Source: Azolla caroliniana
Lineage: Eukaryota > Plantae > Polypodiophyta
Length of the DNA stretch: 64,000 nucleotides
Reading direction: 5' to 3'
Assembly (NCBI GenBank): GCA_043228905.1
Contig: JBHGNT010000004.1
Coordinates: 17,732,001-17,796,000, forward strand
Within the stretch, counting starts at the first letter, position 1. Every line of letters starts with the position of its first letter. The position numbers and the translations under genes are program-made. This document shows, one piece after another, positions 53,087 to 64,000 of this stretch. Under the pieces are notes generated by a model. That model was not told where the DNA came from, searched no databases, and worked only from the letters and a program-made list of their open reading frames with translations.

Positions 53087-56000
53087 TCATGCAAGAGTAG
53101 CCAAAGTCTCAAGCAAAGTAGCAATGAACTCGAGCTGTTGTTCACAATCAATTTTGTCGAAAGGAGGAACATGGACAAATATGCATTGCGTTCCGTTAGC
53201 TGCTGAATGATGAAGGGAATGGTAATATACATAATTACAAACAAATCTCCCCGCATCGTTCGAGACAGCAACATTAAAACTTTTCTTTGCTAGCAACTCT
53301 ACAATATCGGTTGTGGGTAATGTTGTCTACAAAGAGCCAACCATATGATTAGAACTCTCTCTCTTTCTCTCTCTCTCTAGTAGAGCTCAATTGAGGTCAA
53401 GAAGTTCAAGCCTCCTTGAAGGGAATCTATTTCATGCTTTATATTTGAAGACTTATACCTAATGTTAAAAGAACTAATATTTGAAGACTTATACCTAACG
53501 TTAAAAGAACTAAGAAAATATTGAATAACATCCAATTTCTTGCTAGGAATGATGGTTTTGGCCCTTCATTCATGTTGGTTCCCGTATGCTATATCAATGC
53601 ATGCTATGAATAGTGATACTATATCAATGCATGTTGATGTTACTATATCAATGCATGCTATGAATAGTGATACTGCTGGTCTCTCACCCAATTTGTACTA
53701 ACTCCAGTTTGAATGTATTATCCATTCCATTTCCATTTTATTTACCGTATGAATAGTTTCTTTTCTTCTTTTGTTTTCCCTTGTTATCAGAAATTGTATC
53801 AGATCTGACTTGGATTTAATTCTTCGGCCTCATAAGTCATTCTGAACTTTCGAAGACATCGCTATATCTATAACTGTAGTTGAGTCCTTAGCTAGATCAC
53901 TGAATTTCATCCATAGTGCATTGGGGCTTCATCAATATTGGTATGTGGATAACTCTCTCCATGGCAGCTTGCTATGGCTAGGAGTAGTTCATGCTGGTAC
54001 GTGCAGATAACTATGCTTCAAGCTCGATAGGTTTAAGTTGATGAACTGATACCTTTCCATTACACATTGAATGCATGCTGACACATTCTAAGATGAACAA
54101 TGTCATAAAAGAACATCTTGTTCTGTTAGATCTTGAGCCCCAAACACCAGGGAAAAGGTGGATTTCTATTGGGGATACAATCATACAGAAGCATATCCCC
54201 AGAAGATGGGATGCATCAGATTTTAAAGAGAGCATGAAACAGAGGAGTATTACTCTTGTAGCTATCCTACAATAATATTTGACAGAGTCTTTCACACACT
54301 TCTTAGATAGGGTTTCGGAACTTCTGATCAAAACATCAATTATTATATCATCTACAGACGATAGACTTGGACTGAATCTCAACCTGGGAGGTGGACCCAC
54401 GCATGGAGAATATTCAAATACACACGTTGCAAACATCATGGATTGATTTCACAAGGCATTGCAAAATGAAACTGCTCTGAACTGGAAAGTATTCCAGATA
54501 AAGACATGTGACACAATTTGATAGATGAAGCAGTGCCTGGGATAGCAAGTCTAAGGCTGATGGTTTGTTGATAAATACAATTCAAGACAAGACTAGCGGC
54601 CAAAAAGTTTACAAAAGGGTGTTGATTTTGATGAACTCTTCAATCTGAATACAAGGCTCAGAACAATTTGAGTGGTCCTATCAACATCTGCAACTTGGAA
54701 CTGGTCAGTATTCCAGATGAATATCATAAGGACAAGGTCTTCACGGGGCAATCATCGGGCTTTGAGCTTCCCAAATTGGAAGGGAAAGACTTGAGGTTGC
54801 AGACAGCTCTGAATGGGCTGATGAACGCGAGGACCTGGCATGAGTGAATGGACAGATTCCTCACAAGAAAGCGAAGTCAGAAGTTCTTCAACTGATGCCG
54901 CTCTTTATTTCAAAACAAAATATGGATTCAGAGGTTCTCTCACTGATGCGGCTCTCTATTTTCAAAATAGAAAGTTGATTCAGAGGTTCTCTAGCTAATG
55001 CGGCTCTCTATTTCAAAACAGAATGTGGCTACATGGGCTGAAGAAGGCGAGGATCTGGCATGAGTGAATGGACAGATTCCTCACAAGAAAGCGAATTCAG
55101 AAGTTCTTCAACTGATGCAGCTCTTTATTTCAAAACAAAAAGCGGATTCAGAGGTTCTCTAGCTGATGTGGCTCTCTATTTCAAAACAGAATGTGGCTAC
55201 ATGGACTGAAGAAGGCGAGGATCTGGCATGAGTGAATGGACAGATTCCTCACAAGAAAGCGAATTCAGAAGTTCTTCAACTGATGCAGCTCTTTATTTCA
55301 AAACAAAAAGCGGATTCAGAGGTTCTCTAGCTGATGTGGCTCTCTATTTCAAAACAGAATGTGGCTACATGGACTGAAGAACGCGAGGGCCTGGCATGAG
55401 TGAATGACAGATTCCTCACAAAAAAGAGAATTCAGAAGTTCTTGAACTGATGCAGCTCTTTGTTTTAAAACAAAATGCGGATTCAGAGGTTTTCTAGCTG
55501 ATGTGGCTCTCTGTTTCAAAACAGAAAGCAGATTCAGATGTTCTCTAGCTGATGCGCCTCTCTTTGTCAAAACAGAAAGTGGAGCACATAAATATCCTCA
55601 AGGAGGTGTCTCATGGCGCAACTATTCAGGAATCCATTTATCTGAATGGAAGAAGAGTTCATAGAAAAACCATTGGAATTCAAGCTTCCCAGTTCAGAAG
55701 GAAAGGTCTTGGAGGTTACAGAGAGCCTGTACGGGCTAAATCAGGCCCAAGGGATAAAATCCTAATGGGTAGGGGATTAAGAAGATAGGTATCCAGCTGA
55801 TGCGACCCTCTTATGTTGAAGTACAATGTGAACAGATCATGATCTTCATGTCGGGGTTGCTGCACTTCTGAAGCTCATGAGGAATAGACATGGAAATGTG
55901 GAGAGAGGACAAAGACATGACTCTGACTCCTGTATTTTTGCAACACAATATCAGACTCAAGCTATCTGGTGGGAGTGATGGCGAAACTTATGCTGGATCA

Positions 56001-57436
56001 GGAAAAGAGTCATTGGCAAGCCAGCAAGCATGTTCCACAGCATCTGAAGGGTACACCAGATTCAGCATCACTAAGTATGGGTTTATATTATATGTTGGGC
56101 TATGTACATCTATCTATCTCATGGATTGATATGCGCAATTGGATAGATCTGCATCTCATAACATCAGGTGGAGATCAAGATAGGAGCATGTTTCACAAAG
56201 ATTCTTGGTTCCATGTCAAGATGCCCTAACTCAATGTTAAGAGTTGATCCAACAAATAGGAACCTGCAAGTTGTGTTGCAGATGCATTTTTTACAAGAGA
56301 AATTGAAGTATGTTGCAACCATACACATAAGAACATTGACAAAACTACAGATTCAATCAAACAGACTTCAGAGAAAAAGAAAATTCAGGATACCTTCAAA
56401 CATGAATGATAGATGAGATTGAATCACATGTCAATGGATATATGTCTCAATGAGCTTTAGAAAAAGCAATAGTCAACACCAAAGCCCACAGAGATAACAC
56501 ACTAAAAGGGGAGATAGCTTTTATGTTAAGGTTTTGGTCCTATGTGGGGCATTGTTGGTCTCCTTAGGACGGAAATAAGTCTCTCTAGGAAGAGAGGAGT
56601 AATATTAACTAAGGGTAACAAAGAATGCAATAAATCAGACATAATCCAGTTTTTCCATGAAGAATAGGTTCTTGTAATTAAGTTGCCTAGTATCAACTAT
56701 CAAACTGTGTTATTCAACGTTGTTATTGACTTTTCCTAATAACCACTTGACAAATATACATTTGATTTTTTTATTCATGTTCATAAAAATGCTAGGTAAA
56801 CTACCTCTCTTGCATGTGAAATATCACCGTCAGCTGGGATTATCGGAATCCTCTGCAACATCAGTAAAAATTAATCAGGTCACACGAAATTCTACACAAT
56901 GACAATTCCCAGATATAGAATTATAGTTTCCATATCAACCCAATGATCACCTGAGGTTGCCAGCCCATCTCATCAGGACAACGAAATGTTGCTTCATTTA
57001 CAGCTTTCCTTTCAATTGCAAACTTACTAGCTCCACTATTTACACCCATATGAACCTGCTCTTGTCCAGACATTTTCACCAAGAAGCAGAAAAAAGAAGT
57101 TACTTCAGACTCATGTTTATAAATGAAAGTTTATTAAACTATTGAAACAAAATCAAGCTATAGAAAGATGTTCCTATTCAGATCACTTTAGATTAAGGTT
57201 ATATTGTTCTGGTAAACAGAAATTTGGTATCGTGATTTCTAATTGTTTTCTCTTTCAAACTCATGCTTCCAAGGCTTCAAATAAAGAACCGCTCACTTAT
57301 GTGCTTATGTGCTCAAGACATGTTAGCAACAATGTCATCGATCTCATTTCTTAATTGAGTGGGACTTTTCCACATGATCTAAACTTTCATGACTTTCAAT
57401 TCATGAGTGAAAAAATTCTGTCTAATTCTCGCTTCC

Positions 57437-57469
<33 letters not shown>

Positions 57470-58739
57470 CATTAAATTCATTTAATTGAATAAAAGGAAG
57501 ATAGAAAAGTTTAAATATTTAACTAAATATTTATCATCAATCCCGTCCTCAAATGATGTAAATTGGTGGTTTTATTGCATATTTCTCTCAAATTCTTGAT
57601 TCCAATGAGTAACAATATAACACATTTCACTATATTCACTTGGTCAAATTTCAGAATCCAAATCACATGAGATTAACATTATACACATAATTACACATTA
57701 AAAGCATGTATATGAGATTACAAAGATTAATTCGCAATATTAAGAAATGTGGTTTTGCTAAATATGATACTTAATTATTGATTTCTCCCTAATTAAAAAG
57801 TGAGCATGTCAAAATTGGCCAATTCAAAATCTTGGTTTTTAATTATGCTTCTAAAAAAACAACTTGCTAAGATTTTTTTCTTTGAGAATTCTGATTTTTT
57901 TAATAGAAAAACAATCATTACTTGATTAAATCGTATAGAATAAGATGTTAACAATTACCCAAATGACTCAATCACTCAAATTCAGATTACTCTATGTTAA
58001 GCTTGGTATGTTTAGGATACAAAAATCTTCGAAATCCTTGGCTTTCTTCACACCATTAACTTTATTAAATATCAAGAAAAAATACCAAGGTTGCTCAAAA
58101 TTTAGATAAATTTAACTAAGTTTGTTATTCTCAAGGTTGCTTTCAAAATTGAAAGCATGATGCAAAACAAAATAAATTGATGTTTTAATACTACTTCTCC
58201 CACCCTTAAACTTGATTCAAATCATATACGTAATGATGCAAAAGAACAATCTACTCATATAGCTTGATGCTTGTAACGTTGATGACCCTAAAATTCGATT
58301 AAAAACGGACTAAAACAAAGAAAGAAAAACAAATTTTACCAATGGATTCGATGGTTATTATCTGCTTCATAATCATTAAAGTTGATTAAAATCAAATCAA
58401 ACTAAAAAAACTTACCCAAATGATTTTATCCTTCACATCCACATCCGATGATGTGTTTATAGTATCAGTAGTGGTGGGGGTGGTGGTGGTAGAAATAGTA
58501 GAGGAAACCACAAGTGCGGAGTTTAGCAATGTTTGAAAAGTATGAAGAACACCTTCTCCAACTGTCTCCATGACAGTGATACTACCTAATTTTGCATTAA
58601 GAGGAAGGCTCCTCTTCTTCTCTATGTAGTCTTCCAACATTGATGCAAGAACCTGTGTCGGGTTCTCGTTAACACCATAGAATTTCTTGAACCCTGTCAC
58701 ATGAAATATGCAATTTGATGGTGAACCCTGGGAACCCAT
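53087..58739 (-). CDS. Pyroglutamyl peptidase I / pyrrolidone-carboxylate peptidase (C15), 238 aa
   Basis: Exons 58739-58416, 57055-56951, 56852-56805, 53326-53087; all GT-AG. Motifs HVTGFKKF, HMGVNSG, NEATFRCPDE, DAGRFVCNY, FVHVP. Confidence 0.94.
54000..56720 (+). mobile_element. Highly degenerate copia RT remnant in peptidase intron 3
   Basis: Decayed YKTRL, GVDFDE, QMNI and LNGL..WHE motifs; PPT-like aaaaggggaga at ~56504 followed by TGTT. Confidence 0.6.
54810..55580 (+). repeat. Compound tandem repeat (168-bp unit with ~51-bp subunit)
   Basis: ctggcatgagtgaatg at 54835, 55055, 55223 and 55391; subunit gattcagaggttctctagctgatg..tttcaaaacagaa. Confidence 0.88.
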
Positions 58740-59539
58740 TAAAGATATTATCTATTTTAATCTGTTCTGTTCTGTTTCTCTTCTTCTTCTTCTTCTTCTT
58801 CTTCTTCTTTTTGTTTTAGGTTGTTCAACGAAGGCAAATGAAACAAATGAAGGAGAAGGTAAGATTAGAGAAACAAGGTTTCCATCGCCATCATCTCCAT
58901 CACTCTGCGTCCATTTCCTGGCAATCGCACAGAGGAGAGCGGAATCGGCGTTTATTCACATGTGGGCGTCTGAGCATCTCTTTTAGTTTGGGAATGATGG
59001 AATCAAAAACAAAAATACATAAAGGAAAAAAAACAAACGCACAACAACTCCCCCCACCACATTACATATTCATTCATTCCCTCTTTTTATGAGTGTGAAT
59101 TGAAGAAGATTAGAGGCACAAGGCCTTGTTCACATGGCTCCAAGAGCTCCTGCTACTTTAACAAACTGCACGCGCGCATGTCTGCTTGAAATCGGTACCA
59201 TACTCGCCCGATATCTCTATCCGTGGCCTACCTCACCCAACTCCAGAAGGGGACGGAATAAATAATAATAATAATAAACAACAAGCTTTGGCTCATTCTG
59301 CTCTTGCTTTGTACTAGACCTCTAAGTATTTGCCTAGGTATAGGAAGAAGACATGATCGATCTCTTATTTTTATACTCTCTCTCTATGTATCTATCTCTC
59401 AAAATGGGCAACACACAGACCCTTGCGAGGTGGACAATATTGGACACTGATGTGGGATAGTTTGAGTACCATTGTCCTACCATCCTTTTTCTCGAGTCAC
59501 ATGTCCTTAGTGGAATGACGTGCAGACATTGGTTGTATA

Positions 59540-60888
59540 TTGGTTACCAAGTTTGCAAAGGAAGAATGTGTTGAAGAAGTTGCCATTGGGAATGTTGTGA
59601 TTATGCTTTTGTTATATGTAGATGGTGTAGTGCTTTTTGCAAATACTTTAGAAGATGCACAAAAGCTTATGAAGGCATTGGAAATTTTTGCATACATACT
59701 AAATTAAGTGTCAATAGCTCCAAAACAAAGATTATGCTCGTGAAGAGCCAAAAAAGAGATAAACCATGCATTATGTACAACAATGAGCCACTTGAATGTG
59801 TGGAAAGCTTCAAATATCTTGGCCTTGAAGTTCCTTCAACTCATAGATGGAATGAATGTACTACATGTCGCTTAGATGCAGGTAAGTGAGCATACTATGC
59901 ATTTGAGAACACATGCAATGTTGGAGATATTAAGTGTTGGGTCCTCAAGAAATATCTTTTCGACACAAAGTGACACCGGTTCTTCTCTATGGTGTGGAAG
60001 TATGGGGCGGTAGCATCCCTAAATCTATGTGGAAAGAGTTTGAAAATGTCCAAAAACATTTTCTTACAAAGTTTCTACATGTTAAGAAACAAACACCCTA
60101 CACCCTCCTCCTTGAGACGGGATCGCTCCCCATTGAGATCATGGTCATGGAAAGGGTTGTTGAATACATGCTTAAGTTTCAAAAAAGTCCCTCACATCAA
60201 CTTCCTAGAATTGCATGGGAAGCAAGCAAAAAGATCCAAAAGACGCGTAAAAGCAAATTTTTGTGTTCCGGTTGGATGCAAGATATAGAAAAATGGTTTG
60301 GTAGATGGGATGCGAGACACTTGCTTCATGATGCATCACTAGATTCCTCTGTAAATGAGGCCTTTTTGCAACGCCAACGTATCATGACATGGGACAAATG
60401 TGGAGGCTCACACTTCACACATTATACAACACATGTTGCACCTAACTACAAAACCATATTCTTTGCAGAACGGGAAAACTGTACACATCGATACATGTTA
60501 GAGCCCATACCGTTATCTGCCATTAGAACCATTGCTTCCATGCGAGTTAGCTCACATGCATTGCGATGTGAGACAGGGCGTTGGGGCACAAGTGATGAGA
60601 GTGGTCGTCTATGCACACTTTGCCCTAAACAAGTTCACGAGGCTGAGTATCACACTTTCAAGATACAATGCTCTACCTTTGATCATATTCGACCATGCTT
60701 TCCACATCTATTCAACCAAGCCCAATCCTTGCATGAATTCCTCTCACAACCACAATGTGCACTCTTGATTGCAACATTCATTGGTAAAGTTCTTGAACAT
60801 CAAGAGTTACTACTCACTTTCACACGTATCACGTGAAATGTAATATTTTTGGTCTCATAGGTCATATTTGACCTCCAAAGACAATAAT

Positions 60889-60930
<42 letters not shown>
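59540..60930 (+). mobile_element. LINE family A, copy 4 (longest)
   Basis: LLLYVDGVVL (RT), FKYLG, ORF 59934-60836, tail ataatataat(CT)n. The 5' boundary may extend to the CT tract at ~59400. Confidence 0.9.
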
Positions 60931-60935
<5 letters not shown>

Positions 60936-61499
60936 ATTAAAATCTTCTACGAAATGATGTTCACCATGGATGGAAAAAATCCAAAAAGAAGGAAGCTTTT
61001 ATTTGTCATCTGAAAGGAATCTTAGTTCTTCTTCTTGTCCAAGTTCTTCAAAGGTTTGTTTCATAAATATGCTCAAGATTCTAAAAGAATGAATCTTTGG
61101 CTACAAAACAAAAAGAAGTTTTTTCTTAACCGATAGTTAATTGCTTTCCTGGAGGATGTTTTGATATTCAAAGTCTGAAGTATGCAAAGGATCCTTCTTT
61201 TCCAAGTAAGAAATATTTGGCCAAGAATGCTAAAGGTTTTGGTTTTCCAAAATTTGCTTGAGTAAATATTTGTTTGTTTCTTGAAGAATAGCCTAATAGT
61301 CTTTGGCTTATAACTTGATCCAACTTTCTTAATTCTGTGGAGGAGCTTTTCTTTTGCCAAACACTACTTTGTTAAGTTCTAGGAAGGAAGCTTTGTTCTT
61401 ACCTAATATTGCTTTGTTTTCCAAGGAGGAGGTAATGAACATGCTTTGGAGTGCTAAGGATATGAAACCTTGGTAGGATTTGATACAATTCTCTCAGAC

Positions 61500-61576
61500 T
61501 CTCTCTCCCTCTCTCTCTCTCTCTCTTTGTGAAATCACACAATTATATCAATAAGTGTGTGTGAAAACACTACTTA

Positions 61577-61620
<44 letters not shown>

Positions 61621-61667
61621 TGAAATCACACAATTATATCAATAAGTGTGTGTGAAAACACTACTTA

Positions 61668-61704
<37 letters not shown>
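61500..61704. repeat. Tandem duplication interleaved with three (CT)n tracts
   Basis: ttgtgaaatcacacaattatatcaataagtgtgtgtgaaaacactacttacat occurs twice. Confidence 0.9.
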
Positions 61705-61707
<3 letters not shown>

Positions 61708-61928
61708 GTGTTGGGTCATCAAGAAATGCCTTTTTGACACTTCGGTGACACCGGTGCTTCTTTGTGGGGTGGAAGTATGGGGTGGTAGCATCCCTAAATC
61801 TACTTGGAAAGAATTTGAAAATGTCCAAAAACATTTTCTTACAAAGTTTCTACAAGTTAAGAAACAAACACCATACACCCTCCTCCTTGAGACGGGATCA
61901 CTTCGCATTGAGATCATGGGCATGGAAA
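61705..61928 (+). mobile_element. LINE family A, copy 5 (internal fragment, cut by an LTR)
   Basis: KCWVIKKCLFDT..LETGSL begins right after (CT)n and ends at the TGTTG of an LTR. Confidence 0.85.
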
Positions 61929-62850
61929 TGTTGTGCACAATATGTGTCTCAGCCGGCTAGTGTGAGATGATGAGCTAGGTAGTTGCCGAATAGCAACGAG
62001 AATCTTTGTATGTGGAATAAGCAAACATATTGCAAGTGAGTATATGATGGTGCACAGTTTTATCTCTCTGTTACAGAATATACAAAAGACTGAAGAAGAT
62101 GACAGTTACAGAGACAGTTAGAGCTCAAGAGACAATGCATTACAAATCCCGCTAGAACTATATAACAAAACTCATTTACACACTTTTATAGTTAGGGTAA
62201 CTAAGCCCTAACTAAGATAATGTGTTCACACTAGGAATACAACTTGGGTGGAGTAGGACTTTTAGTCCAACAAACTCTCCCGTAAAAGGACTACTCTAAT
62301 TGTTTACAGTGGGATGGGGTTATCTTCTTTGTAAGCTTAAATTATATTTTCATTTAAACTACAATTAGAATTTACAAGCCGATCGACTAGTTTGCAGGAT
62401 CGGTAGTGGTAGAGTTGGCTAGTTGCCGAATTGGCTTTGGGCTCTTCGGCCTTCGGCTCTTCCGAATGATTGGTCCTTCTTCCTTGTTGCAGATTTCTAA
62501 TCGGTTTTCGGCTCCTTCAATCGGCTTTTGGCCTTTTGATCTTTTCAGATTCAGTTGGCGTTTTCGGCTCTTTGGGCTTTGCCGTTTTGGCTCTACCGAT
62601 TTCTGACTCTCTTGCTACTTGTTGAATAGGATATGCGGAAAAATATATGAGAACCTGCAAGGTGATGTCCAACAAACAACGTTGTCAAGGAAATCCTCAT
62701 GTGCTCGTGGAATGAAGTGGGACCACCAGGGTTCTAGACTAGAAGGATTCAATGTTTTATTAGCGTACGCGAGATAGGCAGATAGATAGATAGAGAGATT
62801 CCAATTTCGACTTTGAACCCTTGACTTCAAGTTTGAGAGACAAGACCAAT
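61929..62850 (-). mobile_element. 3' LTR (61929-62272), PPT and pol tail of an LTR retrotransposon remnant
   Basis: TGTTG...CAACA ends; minus-strand PPT gggagagtt at 62273-62281. Confidence 0.6.
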
Positions 62851-63001
62851 GAGATAACTAGAATTTAATTTTTCTTAAGTTCCTCCTTCAATACATAGCT
62901 TCTTTACACAAGGCTTAAACCATGGTTTTGTGCACACAGTTTTATACATTCTTATAGAATACTGAATATGAGAAGAAAATATACAAAATTTAAAGCACTT
63001 A

Positions 63002-63070
63002 GTAGTAGCTTTAGTGGTAAGTCAATTGTCTCTTACCTTGGAGGTGCAAGGTTCAAACCTTGCTTGCACC
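63002..63070 (+). mobile_element. tRNA-derived SINE-like head
   Basis: A-box-like tagctttagtggt and B-box ggttcaaacc. Confidence 0.4.
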
Positions 63071-63288
63071 TTGTTGTATGCACTCAAATGTTGCTAGGCT
63101 TTAGTCTTATTTTTATATTTACAAGTGTTTGAGAAATGTGCATATGTTTAACCTTACATCTAGCCTTCCTTTTATGATTCTCATTTCAGTCTTATTTACA
63201 ACATGCTAGTGTACATGTGTGACCATCACCACTTTCACACGTGCGCACATTGCACCTTCTCGATTTTGTCCCTTCCGTGCGATTTTCA

Positions 63289-64000
63289 TGTTGTTGCCGA
63301 AAATCTTCATGACAACGTGCACAATACCGAGAAGTGGAACATGCACGATGTGAGGGAAAAGTAAGAAGCAAGGGGATATAGATGAAGCTCTAATGGAAAC
63401 TTGTTATTCTCTTCTGTAACTCTTTTATTTATTTATTTATTTTTATAATGTTACAGTTGGGCTTATATACTCAAGCCCTAACTTGGTAATGTGTTAACAC
63501 TTGAGGATACAATTTAAAAGTAGTCGGTCTTTTATGCCAACAAACACCCTCGTAAAAGGGCTACTCTTCCTATGTATACACATAATTGGGTTTATCTCCC
63601 TCGTGAACCTAGATTACAAGTCTAATCTATAGTTACAAGTGTATACATATAAGTCTGTCATTGGCATTCGGCCGAATAAGCAGAGGTATAGTCATAATCT
63701 AGCCTAATTCACCTAGTTATCTAGATCGTATCTTATCTGGGTCGGCCAGACTGGGTTGGTTGGATCACCTTTTGTTCGAATCGACTCATTCGTTCGAAGT
63801 GGCTCATGTTCGATTCTATCTCTCGACCTCTAGTCGATCGTCTACTCCCCGTACGCGCTCATTCCTATGCTCCTTACTGCATCCTTGATCTGTCTTCGAG
63901 TTTGTTTGTCCCTTGATCGTCTCCCCTCCAGTCGGTATTCTGTTGGTATTCTTGCTCAATGTTGTGTCTTTCGTCTTTTGGTATTCCGATTCTTTGGATT
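63289..64000 (-). mobile_element. Related second LTR (63289-63542), PPT and internal region running off the window
   Basis: TGTTG...CAACA ends; 63474-63570 resembles 62203-62297. Confidence 0.55.

Noticed and set aside
54810-55580. CRISPR-like array
   Set aside because: Whole units repeat with no unique spacers, there are no cas genes, and the context is eukaryotic.
63002-63070. Functional tRNA genes (also ~52020-52110)
   Set aside because: Only A/B boxes are present, without acceptor or anticodon stems; kept as SINE-like heads.

Overview
Eukaryotic, land-plant genomic DNA (spliced GT-AG genes, TE-filled introns, (CT)n tracts; a fern-like genome is my inference, not shown). Three intact host genes are reconstructed: a two-HMA-domain HIPP (+, 24100-26800), a phospholipid scramblase-family gene (-, 28073-41138, 11 coding exons) and a pyroglutamyl peptidase I gene (-, 53087-58739). 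The rest is mostly retrotransposons. Bases 1-15.7k hold a Ty3/gypsy element with a ~925-codon accessory ORF. That ORF is split by a younger full-length gypsy (7300-14282) with a tRNA-Trp PBS, a 4-bp CCGG TSD and a candidate -1 frameshift between Gag-protease and Pol. An L1 follows. The 9.7-kb scramblase intron holds a nest of chromovirus remnant, solo LTR, Tnt1-like copia and LINE. Five copies of one LINE family all abut (CT)n microsatellites. All coordinates were read by eye and no database searches were run.
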